Source of the DNA: an uncultured Chitinophagaceae bacterium
Lineage (GTDB): Bacteria; Bacteroidota; Bacteroidia; Chitinophagales; CAIOSU01
Length of the DNA: 64,000 nt
Assembly: GCA_964518215.1 (NCBI GenBank)
Contig: CAZFFP010000005.1
Coordinates: forward strand, 15,502 to 79,501
Direction: 5' to 3'
How positions within the stretch are numbered: position 1 is the first letter of the stretch; each line of letters begins with the position of its first letter. A program made the position numbers and the translations under genes. Below the pieces are notes generated by a model. That model had not been told where the DNA came from. It searched no databases and worked only from the letters and a program-made list of their open reading frames with translations. Below, piece after piece: positions 55,351-63,214 of the stretch.

Positions 55351-55980
55351 TTGAAAAAATTATTAGCAATTGTTTTGTTGTGTGCCGGAATATTTTCTTC
55401 CCATGCCCAAAAAGTGAATCTTATTCAATTATCAGGTTTGGTGCTTACCAGCGATAGCTTAATGGGCATTCCAAATGCTACGATTATAATTAAAGGAACC
55501 GGCAGAGGCACCATTTCAGATTATCAAGGATTTTTCTCTATGGTAGTAGCCAAAGGCGACAGCATTGAATTTTCCTGTTTGGGGCATCGGCCTCAAAGCA
55601 TTTTTATTGCAGATACTTTATCCAGCGATAAATATTCTGTTATTCAACTCATGACGCGCGACACTTTCTTTCTTCCCGAAACACAAATTTTTCCGTGGCC
55701 CACAAAAGAACAATTTCGTCAGGCTTTTCTTACCATGAATGTGCCCGATGATGACTTTGAACGTGCCAGAAAAAATCTCGAACGCGAACGCATGAAGGAA
55801 CTTGGGCAGTCTATGGCAATGGATTCTAAAGAAAATGTTGATTACTACTTCAGGCGCGAATCATACAAATACTATTACTACGGGCAAGTGCCGCCTATGA
55901 ATATTTTTAACCCGATAGCTTGGTCTAAATTTATTGAGGCTTGGAAGAACGGAGACTTTAAGCGCAAGGAAAACAAGTAG
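55351..55980 (+). CDS. Carboxypeptidase-regulatory-like domain protein
   Basis: 209 aa with a TTG start and a signal peptide. LSGLVLTSDSLMGIPNATIIIKGTGRGTISDYQGFFSMVV. Confidence 0.6.
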   Translation: MKKLLAIVLLCAGIFSSHAQKVNLIQLSGLVLTSDSLMGIPNATIIIKGTGRGTISDYQGFFSMVVAKGDSIEFSCLGHRPQSIFIADTLSSDKYSVIQLMTRDTFFLPETQIFPWPTKEQFRQAFLTMNVPDDDFERARKNLERERMKELGQSMAMDSKENVDYYFRRESYKYYYYGQVPPMNIFNPIAWSKFIEAWKNGDFKRKENK

Positions 55981-56052
55981 CATTGTTTATTTAAGAGAAC
56001 GAACGACACCAACACTTTTCAACTGTGTTCAAAAGAAATTTTGAATCATCAT

Positions 56053-56083
56053 TTGCAACACCGCGTTTGGATACCTACTTTTG
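56053..56083 (+). promoter_or_regulatory. Candidate Bacteroidota sigma-A promoter for tRNA-Lys
   Basis: TTG (56053-56055), a 20-nt spacer, then TACTTTTG (56076-56083), which matches the TAnnTTTG -7 consensus. It lies 23 nt upstream of the mature tRNA 5' end. Confidence 0.4.
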
Positions 56084-56105
56084 CGTTGCTTTTTAAAAAG
56101 CTATT

Positions 56106-56178
56106 GATTCCGTAGCTCAGTTGGTAGAGCAATACACTTTTAATGTATGGGTCCTGGGTTCGAGTCCCAGCGGGATCA
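56106..56178 (+). tRNA. tRNA-Lys (anticodon UUU)
   Basis: Hand-folded cloverleaf: acceptor GATTCCG/CGGGATC, D-arm GCTC-AGTTGGTA-GAGC, anticodon arm ATACA-CTTTTAA-TGTAT, T-arm CTGGG-TTCGAGT-CCCAG, discriminator A. CCA is encoded at 56179-56181. Confidence 0.95.
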
Positions 56179-56186
56179 CCAAAAGC

Positions 56187-56217
56187 TAAAAATCCTCTCG
56201 TGCTTGAGAGGATTTTT
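56187..56217 (+). terminator. Stem-loop with T-run after tRNA-Lys
   Basis: AAAAATCCTCTC-GTGCTTG-AGAGGATTTTTAG. Confidence 0.45.
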
Positions 56218-56220
56218 AGT

Positions 56221-56253
56221 TTGAATACATTTGTTCTGAAACAATTATTTTTG
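56221..56253 (+). promoter_or_regulatory. Candidate promoter for tRNA-Leu
   Basis: TTG (56221-56223), a 22-nt spacer, then TATTTTTG (56246-56253), which matches TAnnTTTG. It lies 18 nt upstream of the tRNA. Confidence 0.35.
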
Positions 56254-56270
56254 CACCTGAAAATTAGCTT

Positions 56271-56354
56271 GCCCGGGTGGTGAAATTGGTAGACACACCA
56301 TCTTGAGGGGGTGGCGCCCGAAAGGGTGTACGAGTTCGAATCTCGTCCCGGGCA
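56271..56354 (+). tRNA. tRNA-Leu (anticodon GAG), long variable arm
   Basis: Acceptor GCCCGGG/CCCGGGC, anticodon arm CCATC-TTGAGGG-GGTGG, variable arm CGCCCGAAAGGGTG, T-arm ACGAG-TTCGAAT-CTCGT, discriminator A. No encoded CCA. Confidence 0.95.
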
Positions 56355-56391
56355 CTCTCTTCTTTATTTTTTCTTCAGTTTTTTTTCGGCA

Positions 56392-56682
56392 TTACAGAAT
56401 ACTTACATCAAGTATGCTTCTTATCGGGATACTGATGCTGCCTTTTAGAATAACTCTATCATCAGTAATTCCCCAAACAGTGGTGCTTACTTTGCACACG
56501 CCTTCTTCAGAGTGAATAACCAATGTTACTTTATTTTTGAAAATATTACCCAGAATCATTGCCATATTGAGCATACGGCTGCGATGAATTCTTTCAGATT
56601 CTTCGGTAATAATGTCTGTAGAATAAAAGTTCAGAAAGGGTAAAAATTCCTTCTCCATCCAATTAATAGTCAACTGCTCCAT
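56392..56682 (-). CDS. Hypothetical 96-aa protein, paralog A of a tandem pair
   Basis: Track ORF. The C-terminal half KNKVTLVIHSEEGVCKVSTTVWGITDDRVILKGSISIPIRSILDVSIL aligns ungapped with the neighbour (14 of 47 identical by hand). Family unknown. Confidence 0.5.
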   Translation of the reverse strand: MEQLTINWMEKEFLPFLNFYSTDIITEESERIHRSRMLNMAMILGNIFKNKVTLVIHSEEGVCKVSTTVWGITDDRVILKGSISIPIRSILDVSIL

Positions 56683-56750
56683 AATCCTGCATTTAATAGT
56701 TAAATAAATAGTCTTGCCCCTCTTAGAAATTGTTTGTCCCTTTCTGAATT

Positions 56751-57041
56751 TTAAAATGAAATATCAATGATGGCTGAAACAGGTATGAAACGACCATCAT
56801 TCAGAATCAAATACTGTTCTGTGGTCATCCATAAAGATGTTTCAACATAATGTTCGCCCGAATTTGTTTTGTAGCTGATTTTTACCTTTTTGTGGTAGAG
56901 TTTGCAGAGCAGTGCAATTTGGTCTAATTGCTGTTTGCGTTTTTCGATAAAGTCTTTGTGGAGTGATAAGCGCTGGCTCCTTACGCCCGTTCGTTCAGCC
57001 CTCTTCCTTTCTCTGATACTCAAAACATGTTTCATCCGCAA
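56751..57041 (-). CDS. Hypothetical 96-aa protein, paralog B of a tandem pair
   Basis: Track ORF. Basic N-terminus (SIRERKRAERTGVRSQR). C-terminal half HKKVKISYKTNSGEHYVETSLWMTTEQYLILNDGRFIPVSAIIDISF. Confidence 0.5.
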   Translation of the reverse strand: MRMKHVLSIRERKRAERTGVRSQRLSLHKDFIEKRKQQLDQIALLCKLYHKKVKISYKTNSGEHYVETSLWMTTEQYLILNDGRFIPVSAIIDISF

Positions 57042-57185
57042 ACTGCTTGTTTGTGCCTCTTATACTCTGTTGAATAAAAAAAGTTTCGCAGTTCTTTTAA
57101 TTTTCGAATAAAAAATGAAAAAATACCATGTCCTGTCAATACTTGCAATAATCTCGCATTTTTGTGCAGTTAAAATTTTTCGACT

Positions 57186-58385
57186 CTGAAAATTCTGCAA
57201 TTATACAATCGCATTCCTTATCCGCTTAAAGATGGTGGCGCAATAGCCACCTATATGATTTCTAAAGGGATGAAACATGCCGGAGCAAAGGTGAAAATGC
57301 TCACCATGAATACTAGGCGCCATCGGGTCAATGTGCAATCATTGCCCAAAGAATTTACCGAAAACATTTCTTTGGAAAGTGTGCCGGTTGATAACCGGTT
57401 AAAACCTCTGAATGCCATAGTGAATCTTTTCACCGGAAAATCATATCATGCAGAAAGATTTGAATCTAAAGCGTTTTCAGAAAAACTGATTCAAATACTT
57501 CAATCCGAAAATTTCGATGTGGTGCATCTCGAGGGGCTGTATATGTGCCTTTACATTCCCGTTATCAGAAAATATTCTAAGGCGCTCATCTCCTATCGAG
57601 CACACAATGTTGAATTTAAAATTTGGGAAAGGCTGGCTACACAGGCAAGCGGTTTGAAAAAATGGTATCTGCATATTCAAACCAACCGATTGAAAAAGTT
57701 TGAAATAGAACAAATGAAACTTTATGATGTCTTGGTTGCCATTACCGATGAAGATGCGCGGGCGCATAAAGAACTAGGGTTTAAAGGAAAAGTTTTCACG
57801 GCTCCTTTCGGCATAGAATTGAGCGATTATTCAGCAGCAAAACAACAAGTGAATTTTCCTTCGCTGTTTCATATTGGCGCTATGGACTGGATGCCCAATC
57901 AGGAAGGGATAAAATGGTTTATTGATGAAGTTTGGGACGATTTGCATCGCGAGTTTCCTCAGTTGAAATTATATCTGGCAGGCAAACATTTTCCCGATTG
58001 GTTGCAAAAATTACAGCGAAAAAATATTGTTATTGAAGGCGAAGTAGAAGACAGTAAAAAATTCATTTCAGATAAAGCCCTGATGATTGTGCCGTTGTTT
58101 TCGGGCAGCGGAATCAGAGTAAAAATTATTGAAGGCATGGCATTGGGCAAAACCATTATTGCCACGCCTGTTGCAGCCGAAGGAATAGAATATACAGATG
58201 GAATAAACATCCTGATAGCATCCGATAAAAATTCTTTCATTAGTCAAATCAGGAAATGTGTAGATGATGAAAATTATTTCAGCCAAATAGGAGCAAATGC
58301 AAGAACTTTGGCAGAGGAAAAATACGATAACCGAAAAATTGTTGACTCGTTGTTAAAGTTTTACCGCTCGCAATTATGCTCATGA
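57186..58385 (+). CDS. Group-1 (GT4) glycosyltransferase. The conserved N-terminus lies upstream of the first ATG.
   Basis: The track ORF starts at ATG 57255. However, the in-frame upstream codons read LKILQLYNRIPYPLKDGGAIATY, a typical GT4 N-terminus (MKIL..Y....PL.DGGAIA). That frame is open only from 57174, and the only plausible start is CTG 57186. The C-terminal GT-B motif is VPLFSGSGIRVKIIEGMALGKTIIAT. Confidence 0.7.
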   Translation: MKILQLYNRIPYPLKDGGAIATYMISKGMKHAGAKVKMLTMNTRRHRVNVQSLPKEFTENISLESVPVDNRLKPLNAIVNLFTGKSYHAERFESKAFSEKLIQILQSENFDVVHLEGLYMCLYIPVIRKYSKALISYRAHNVEFKIWERLATQASGLKKWYLHIQTNRLKKFEIEQMKLYDVLVAITDEDARAHKELGFKGKVFTAPFGIELSDYSAAKQQVNFPSLFHIGAMDWMPNQEGIKWFIDEVWDDLHREFPQLKLYLAGKHFPDWLQKLQRKNIVIEGEVEDSKKFISDKALMIVPLFSGSGIRVKIIEGMALGKTIIATPVAAEGIEYTDGINILIASDKNSFISQIRKCVDDENYFSQIGANARTLAEEKYDNRKIVDSLLKFYRSQLCS

Positions 58386-59548
58386 TTTTACTGCAAATTG
58401 TTTTCTGGATTTGTGCTTCATTGCTGATATACTCTTATCTGCTCTATCCGCTTATTTTAAAATATCGCACCCGAAATATTCAGCCCAATAAAATCATGTA
58501 TTTATCTACCGATGAACTGCCTGAAGTGGCTTTGCTTTTGGCGGCATATAATGAAGAAACAGTGATTAGAGTGAAAGTTGAAAACGCTTTCGATACAGAT
58601 TATCCCAAAGAAAAATTTCAGGTGTGGGTAGGTTCCGATTGCTCGTCAGACGGCACTGATGCTATTTTGGAAGAATTGAATAAAAAATATGCCAACCTGA
58701 AATTTATTCCTTTTAAAGAGCGCACCGGAAAATCGCAAATACTGAATGTGATGCAGGCGCAATGCCCGGCAGAAATATTGGTATTTACCGATGCCACCAC
58801 CATGTATCAGCACGATACCATTCCGAAACTTGTGAGGCATTTTAAGAACGAAAAAATCGGCTTGGTGTGTGGCAACTTCGTTACTTATCAGAAAAAAACA
58901 AACAACATTATTCAGCAAGAAGCGCAATATCTAAAAAGAGAAAATGCCATTAAATACATGGAAGGTTTGTTGGGATGTGTTATTGGTTCGTTTGGTCCGG
59001 TATTCGCACTTCGAAAAAAACTTTACACTCATATTCCGCCCGGTTTTATGATGGACGATTTTTTTCTCACGCTCGGAGTCATGGACAAAGGTTTCAAAGC
59101 TATTATGGATAAAGACGCGCTGGCGCTCGAAGAATTAGATACCGATTTGATGCAGGAATACAAACGCAAACGCAGATTTTCCATTGGCAACTTCCGCAAT
59201 CATGCCTATTTTAAATCGTTTCACAACCCTTTGGCATCGGTGCGCAACTGGTGTTATATTTCGCACAAATATTTAAGATGGCTCGGTCCATTTTTCATCA
59301 TGGCTATTTTGTTTTCCTGCGGAATTTTATCATTTAAATACACTTTTTATTCTTCGGCAGCAGGATTGATTTTGTTATTGTTGTTTATAGCATTGGTAGA
59401 TTTCGCTTTGCTGAAAAGCAATATAAAATCGAATCCATTTCGGTTCATTTTATATTTCATTGTGGCCAACCTTGCGCTGCTCGAAGGATATTTCAAATAC
59501 CGCTCCGATAAAATTCGCACCAGCACCTGGAAACCGGGGAATCGTTAA
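58376..59548 (+). CDS. Membrane-embedded GT2 glycosyltransferase of the processive-synthase type
   Basis: 390 aa. N-terminal TM. ALLLAAYNEE..GSDCSSDGT..FTDATT. Q-x-x-R-W-like motif QEYKRKRRFSIGN. Three or four C-terminal TM helices. The ATG overlaps the GT4 stop by 10 nt. Confidence 0.8.
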   Translation: MLMILLQIVFWICASLLIYSYLLYPLILKYRTRNIQPNKIMYLSTDELPEVALLLAAYNEETVIRVKVENAFDTDYPKEKFQVWVGSDCSSDGTDAILEELNKKYANLKFIPFKERTGKSQILNVMQAQCPAEILVFTDATTMYQHDTIPKLVRHFKNEKIGLVCGNFVTYQKKTNNIIQQEAQYLKRENAIKYMEGLLGCVIGSFGPVFALRKKLYTHIPPGFMMDDFFLTLGVMDKGFKAIMDKDALALEELDTDLMQEYKRKRRFSIGNFRNHAYFKSFHNPLASVRNWCYISHKYLRWLGPFFIMAILFSCGILSFKYTFYSSAAGLILLLLFIALVDFALLKSNIKSNPFRFILYFIVANLALLEGYFKYRSDKIRTSTWKPGNR

Positions 59549-59619
59549 TTCACAATATTGACTGATTCTCAGAACCTTTTCATTCTCCATTTTGTAACTT
59601 TAACTTAAAATATAGCATC

Positions 59620-61887
59620 ATGCAGCTCAAGAGTATCTTTTGTTATTCGGTTTTTGTTCTTTTTATTCTGCTTACTCCTGAAAAAACCTTTGCACAGTTT
59701 GCCTTTAATAAATATTATAATGTTCCCGTAAAAGACAGTGCAGGATTAAATTATGCATTCCCCTGGTTGGGCGGCTTGAATAATCCTCAGTTTGCTGCTG
59801 CCGACCTGAATAATGACGGCATTCAAGATTTGGTGGTGTTCAACAGAGCCAATGTGTTGAATGGCGACCGTTTATTCACGTTCATCAACAACGGCACTCC
59901 CAATCAGATAGATTATTTGTATGCGCCTGAATACGAAGCCAACTTTCCGGTTTTTGAAACCGATTCGCCCCGCGTGGAATATTGGATGCTGATGGAAGAT
60001 TTTAATTGTGATGGCATTGCCGATTTATTTGCCTGCACTCCGGGTTATATTCAACTCTATTTGGGTAAATATGATAACGATAATAAGATTGCATTCGAAT
60101 ACAAATCGTTTATTCAATTCAAAGGTTTCAACGGACCTTTAAATGTATTTGTCTCTTCGGTAGATATTCCTGCTATAGTTGATGTAAATGGCGATGGCGA
60201 TCTGGATATTCTAACCTTTGCTCTTTTTGGATTCACTTTAGAATATTATGAAAACCTTTCGCAGGAACTTACGGGCACATGTGGCGACACTATATTATTT
60301 GAATTAAGAGAAGATTGTTGGGGAAAGTTTTATGAATCGGGATTAAGTAAATCGGTTACATTTTTAGATACCTGTGGCACTTTCGGGCCGAAAAACGGTC
60401 CACGACATGCCGGGTCAACAGTATTTGGTTTCGATCCCGATAAAGATGGCGATATTGATTTGCTTTTGGGCGATATTGCTTTCAACAATATGAATTTTCT
60501 GCTGAATGGAGGCAATGCCGATTCAGCGAAAATAGTATGGCAGGACACTATTTTCCCCTGGTATGATGTAGAAGTAAATGTGCCTACTTTTCCCGCAGCA
60601 TTTTATCTCGATGTGAATAATGATGGAAGGAAAGATTTAATTATAGCTCCCAACGCTCCGAAACGCTCATTGAATTATAATTGTGCATGGTATTATGAAA
60701 ACACAAGTTCTGATATAACCGACACTTTCAGACTTAATAATGAACTCTTCATGATTGATGACATGATAGATTTGGGCGAAGGCTCCTACCCTGTTTTGGC
60801 AGATTATGATGGCGATGGACTTTTGGATTTATTCATAGGAAATTATGGATATTATGTTAATGGCATAACTTACCATTCGGCAATAGCGCTCTTCAAAAAT
60901 ATCGGCACTGCGCAATCTCCTTCATTTCAATTAATCACCCGCGATTTTATGAATTTATCATCGCTCGGATTTGGTGGTATGGCTCCCGCTTTTGGAGACA
61001 TGGATGGCGATGGCGACCTTGATATGTTTATTGGTATGGAAAGTGGCGAAGTTGCTTATTTTGAAAACGTGGCGGGGGCAGGAAACCCCATGAACTTCAC
61101 TATGATTGATGCTGCTTACAGAGGCATTGATGTAGGACAATACAGCGCTCCTTTTATTTTCGATGTGGATGATGATGGTGTGCTTGATTTAATCATTGGA
61201 AGAAGAAACGGAACCATTCATTACCATCGCAATCAGGGAACCGCAAGCGATATGCTATTCGACCGCACTCCCGATAATTCATATTTTGGAGAAGTGGATG
61301 TTCGCGTGTTTCAATATATCACCGGATTTAGCGCTCCTGTTATTACCACACTTGATTCTACAAATAATTTGTATTTGGTAGTGGGCAGCGAATCTGACGG
61401 AATAAAAGTTTATGAGTTTGACCGCAACAATATTCTGGGTGGCGCTTTCACAAAAGTTTTCGAGCGCTATTCGGGCATTCATGAAGGAGAAAGAAATTCT
61501 ATTACCATTGCCGATTTAAATAATGACGGAAAAATGGAAATGATAGTAGGAACTTATCGGGGTGGAGTAAGTTTCTTCACCCAATCGGACAGTATTGAAA
61601 CGCCCAATTCAATTGCAGAGTTATCAATGCCTGAAATAATTCTCAATGTTTTTCCGAATCCGACAAACGGAACAATTACAGTCATCTTTAATGGAGTTTT
61701 TGTACCCACACAAAGCAATATTCGCATCACCGATATGATGGGCAAAACACACTTTTCAGAACAACTTTCATCAGTATCTAACGGTACTCAATTACAATAC
61801 AATTTGAGCACATTCAGCAGAGGAATTTATATGCTCGAATTTATATCTTCGGGCATTCAAAAAGTGCATAAGATTATAGTGTATTGA
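59620..61887 (+). CDS. FG-GAP/VCBS-repeat protein with T9SS C-terminal domain
   Basis: 755 aa with a signal peptide. Repeats: DLNNDGIQDLVVFN, DFNCDGIADLFA, VDVNGDGDLDILTF, DPDKDGDIDLLLG, DVNNDGRKDLII, DYDGDGLLDLFIG, FGDMDGDGDLDMFIG, DVDDDGVLDLIIG, DLNNDGKMEMIVG. CTD: LNVFPNPTNGTITVIF..GIYMLEFISSG..KIIVY. Confidence 0.8.
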   Translation: MQLKSIFCYSVFVLFILLTPEKTFAQFAFNKYYNVPVKDSAGLNYAFPWLGGLNNPQFAAADLNNDGIQDLVVFNRANVLNGDRLFTFINNGTPNQIDYLYAPEYEANFPVFETDSPRVEYWMLMEDFNCDGIADLFACTPGYIQLYLGKYDNDNKIAFEYKSFIQFKGFNGPLNVFVSSVDIPAIVDVNGDGDLDILTFALFGFTLEYYENLSQELTGTCGDTILFELREDCWGKFYESGLSKSVTFLDTCGTFGPKNGPRHAGSTVFGFDPDKDGDIDLLLGDIAFNNMNFLLNGGNADSAKIVWQDTIFPWYDVEVNVPTFPAAFYLDVNNDGRKDLIIAPNAPKRSLNYNCAWYYENTSSDITDTFRLNNELFMIDDMIDLGEGSYPVLADYDGDGLLDLFIGNYGYYVNGITYHSAIALFKNIGTAQSPSFQLITRDFMNLSSLGFGGMAPAFGDMDGDGDLDMFIGMESGEVAYFENVAGAGNPMNFTMIDAAYRGIDVGQYSAPFIFDVDDDGVLDLIIGRRNGTIHYHRNQGTASDMLFDRTPDNSYFGEVDVRVFQYITGFSAPVITTLDSTNNLYLVVGSESDGIKVYEFDRNNILGGAFTKVFERYSGIHEGERNSITIADLNNDGKMEMIVGTYRGGVSFFTQSDSIETPNSIAELSMPEIILNVFPNPTNGTITVIFNGVFVPTQSNIRITDMMGKTHFSEQLSSVSNGTQLQYNLSTFSRGIYMLEFISSGIQKVHKIIVY

Positions 61888-61965
61888 TAGACTATTCACA
61901 AATATTCTAATGTACTTATTGCAATTAATAATGTAGCTTTCAGAGTAATATTTTCATCAAATTCA

Positions 61966-62571
61966 ATGTTTATTCACACCGTGTTGAAAGTTGGAATTAC
62001 CGGAGGAATAGGCAGCGGAAAAACTACCGTGTGCAAAATATTTGAAACCTTGGGCATTCCTGTTTACTATGCCGATGAGCGGGCAAAATTTATTCTGGAA
62101 AATGATGTTTCGGTCATTAGTAGAGTAAAAGCGCTATTGAGCGAAGCAGCGTATACAAATGGAAAATTGAATCGGGAATACATATCGAAAAAAGTTTTTT
62201 CCGATAAAAATCTCCTGCACGAATACAACAGCATTATTCACCCTACGGTAGCGCTCGATACCGAACAATGGGTGGCACAGCAAAAGGCTCCTTATGTTTT
62301 GAAAGAAGCGGCTTTACTCGTGGAAAGTGGCGCTCATTTATTGCTCGATAAATTAATTGTGGTGGCAGCACCGGAATCTGTGCGTATTGAACGAGTGGTG
62401 CAACGCGACAATGTTCGGGCTGAGGCGGTGCAGGCGCGAATCAACAATCAAATGCCCGAAGAAGAAAAAGTGAAACTGGCAGATTATGTCATTAACAATG
62501 ATGGTAGCGTCTCCCTCATTCAACAAGCGCTTCAAATACATCATCAGTTGTTGGATTTAAGCGGAACATAG
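61966..62571 (+). CDS. coaE: Dephospho-CoA kinase
   Basis: 201 aa. VGITGGIGSGKTTV P-loop, ..YYADERAK.., ..HPTV.., ..LKEAALLVESG... Confidence 0.9.
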   Translation: MFIHTVLKVGITGGIGSGKTTVCKIFETLGIPVYYADERAKFILENDVSVISRVKALLSEAAYTNGKLNREYISKKVFSDKNLLHEYNSIIHPTVALDTEQWVAQQKAPYVLKEAALLVESGAHLLLDKLIVVAAPESVRIERVVQRDNVRAEAVQARINNQMPEEEKVKLADYVINNDGSVSLIQQALQIHHQLLDLSGT

Positions 62572-63214
62572 GGGAAAATATTTCTTTATAAATAAAACCC
62601 CTGTGGGACTCAGCATTTTTAAACAACCTGTTTTTTTGATTTTTATACAAATCCATTAACCGCAAGGTTGCTTTTTGCATTCTGAAACTAAAATAAGAAT
62701 CTGTAAAATAGGCTTTATTACTTATTTTTTTATAAGTTTCAAAAAGCAATATTCAATATTGAAGTTCTAACCATATTGAATTTAATATATTTCCCTATTT
62801 TATTTGACTTTTGAGTTGATAACTGATTCCCGTGAAAATAGTAATATTCACAAAATAAATCTTGAATATTATGCTATTTTACCTATATTTGCTGCCATAA
62901 AAATTATAAAAAAAATGAAGCAGATATACACATCTCACAATCAATTATCAATTGATTCCTTTCTTGTTAAAAATAATAACCCCGCAAGGCTATTTTCCTC
63001 AGTTGACATTAATTCATTTTCACATTTAGCAGTGGAAAAGGCTCATTAATATCAGGGCTATTCAGCGAAGAAGAAGATATTCAGAAAAATCAGTTTCGGA
63101 AAAGACGAGGCGCCTATTTGCGTGATTCATTAGACGAAATGTAACTATATCGCTCAAAATACGTAAGAAAGCCAAAAATTATTTCTCATACCCAACCGAA
63201 TTTAATAAACAGCC

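Noticed and set aside
56392-57041. Assigning the two 96-aa ORFs to PilZ, LytTR or YolD-like families
   Set aside because: Only short local resemblances exist (RIHRSRMLN; LILNDGRFIPVS). The order and spacing of motifs do not match PilZ or LytTR. YolD similarity is a recollection of a pattern, not an alignment. The family is left unknown.
57115-57189. 24-aa ORF MKKYHVLSILAIISHFCAVKIFRL as the true start of the GT4 gene
   Set aside because: It is in a different frame from the GT4 ORF and ends at TGA 57187-57189. The GT4-like N-terminal sequence is in the 57186 frame.
56106-57254. Integrated element or prophage remnant at the tRNA-Lys/tRNA-Leu locus
   Set aside because: I found no integrase or recombinase gene and no direct repeat of either tRNA 3' end downstream. 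Only the two small paralogous ORFs are unusual, and they are reported separately.
62804-63049. 81-aa ORF (MTFELITDSRENSNIHKINLEYY..) in the AT-rich spacer
   Set aside because: It has a TTG start, extreme AT-driven Ile/Asn/Lys composition and no motif. It is most likely a chance ORF in AT-rich DNA.
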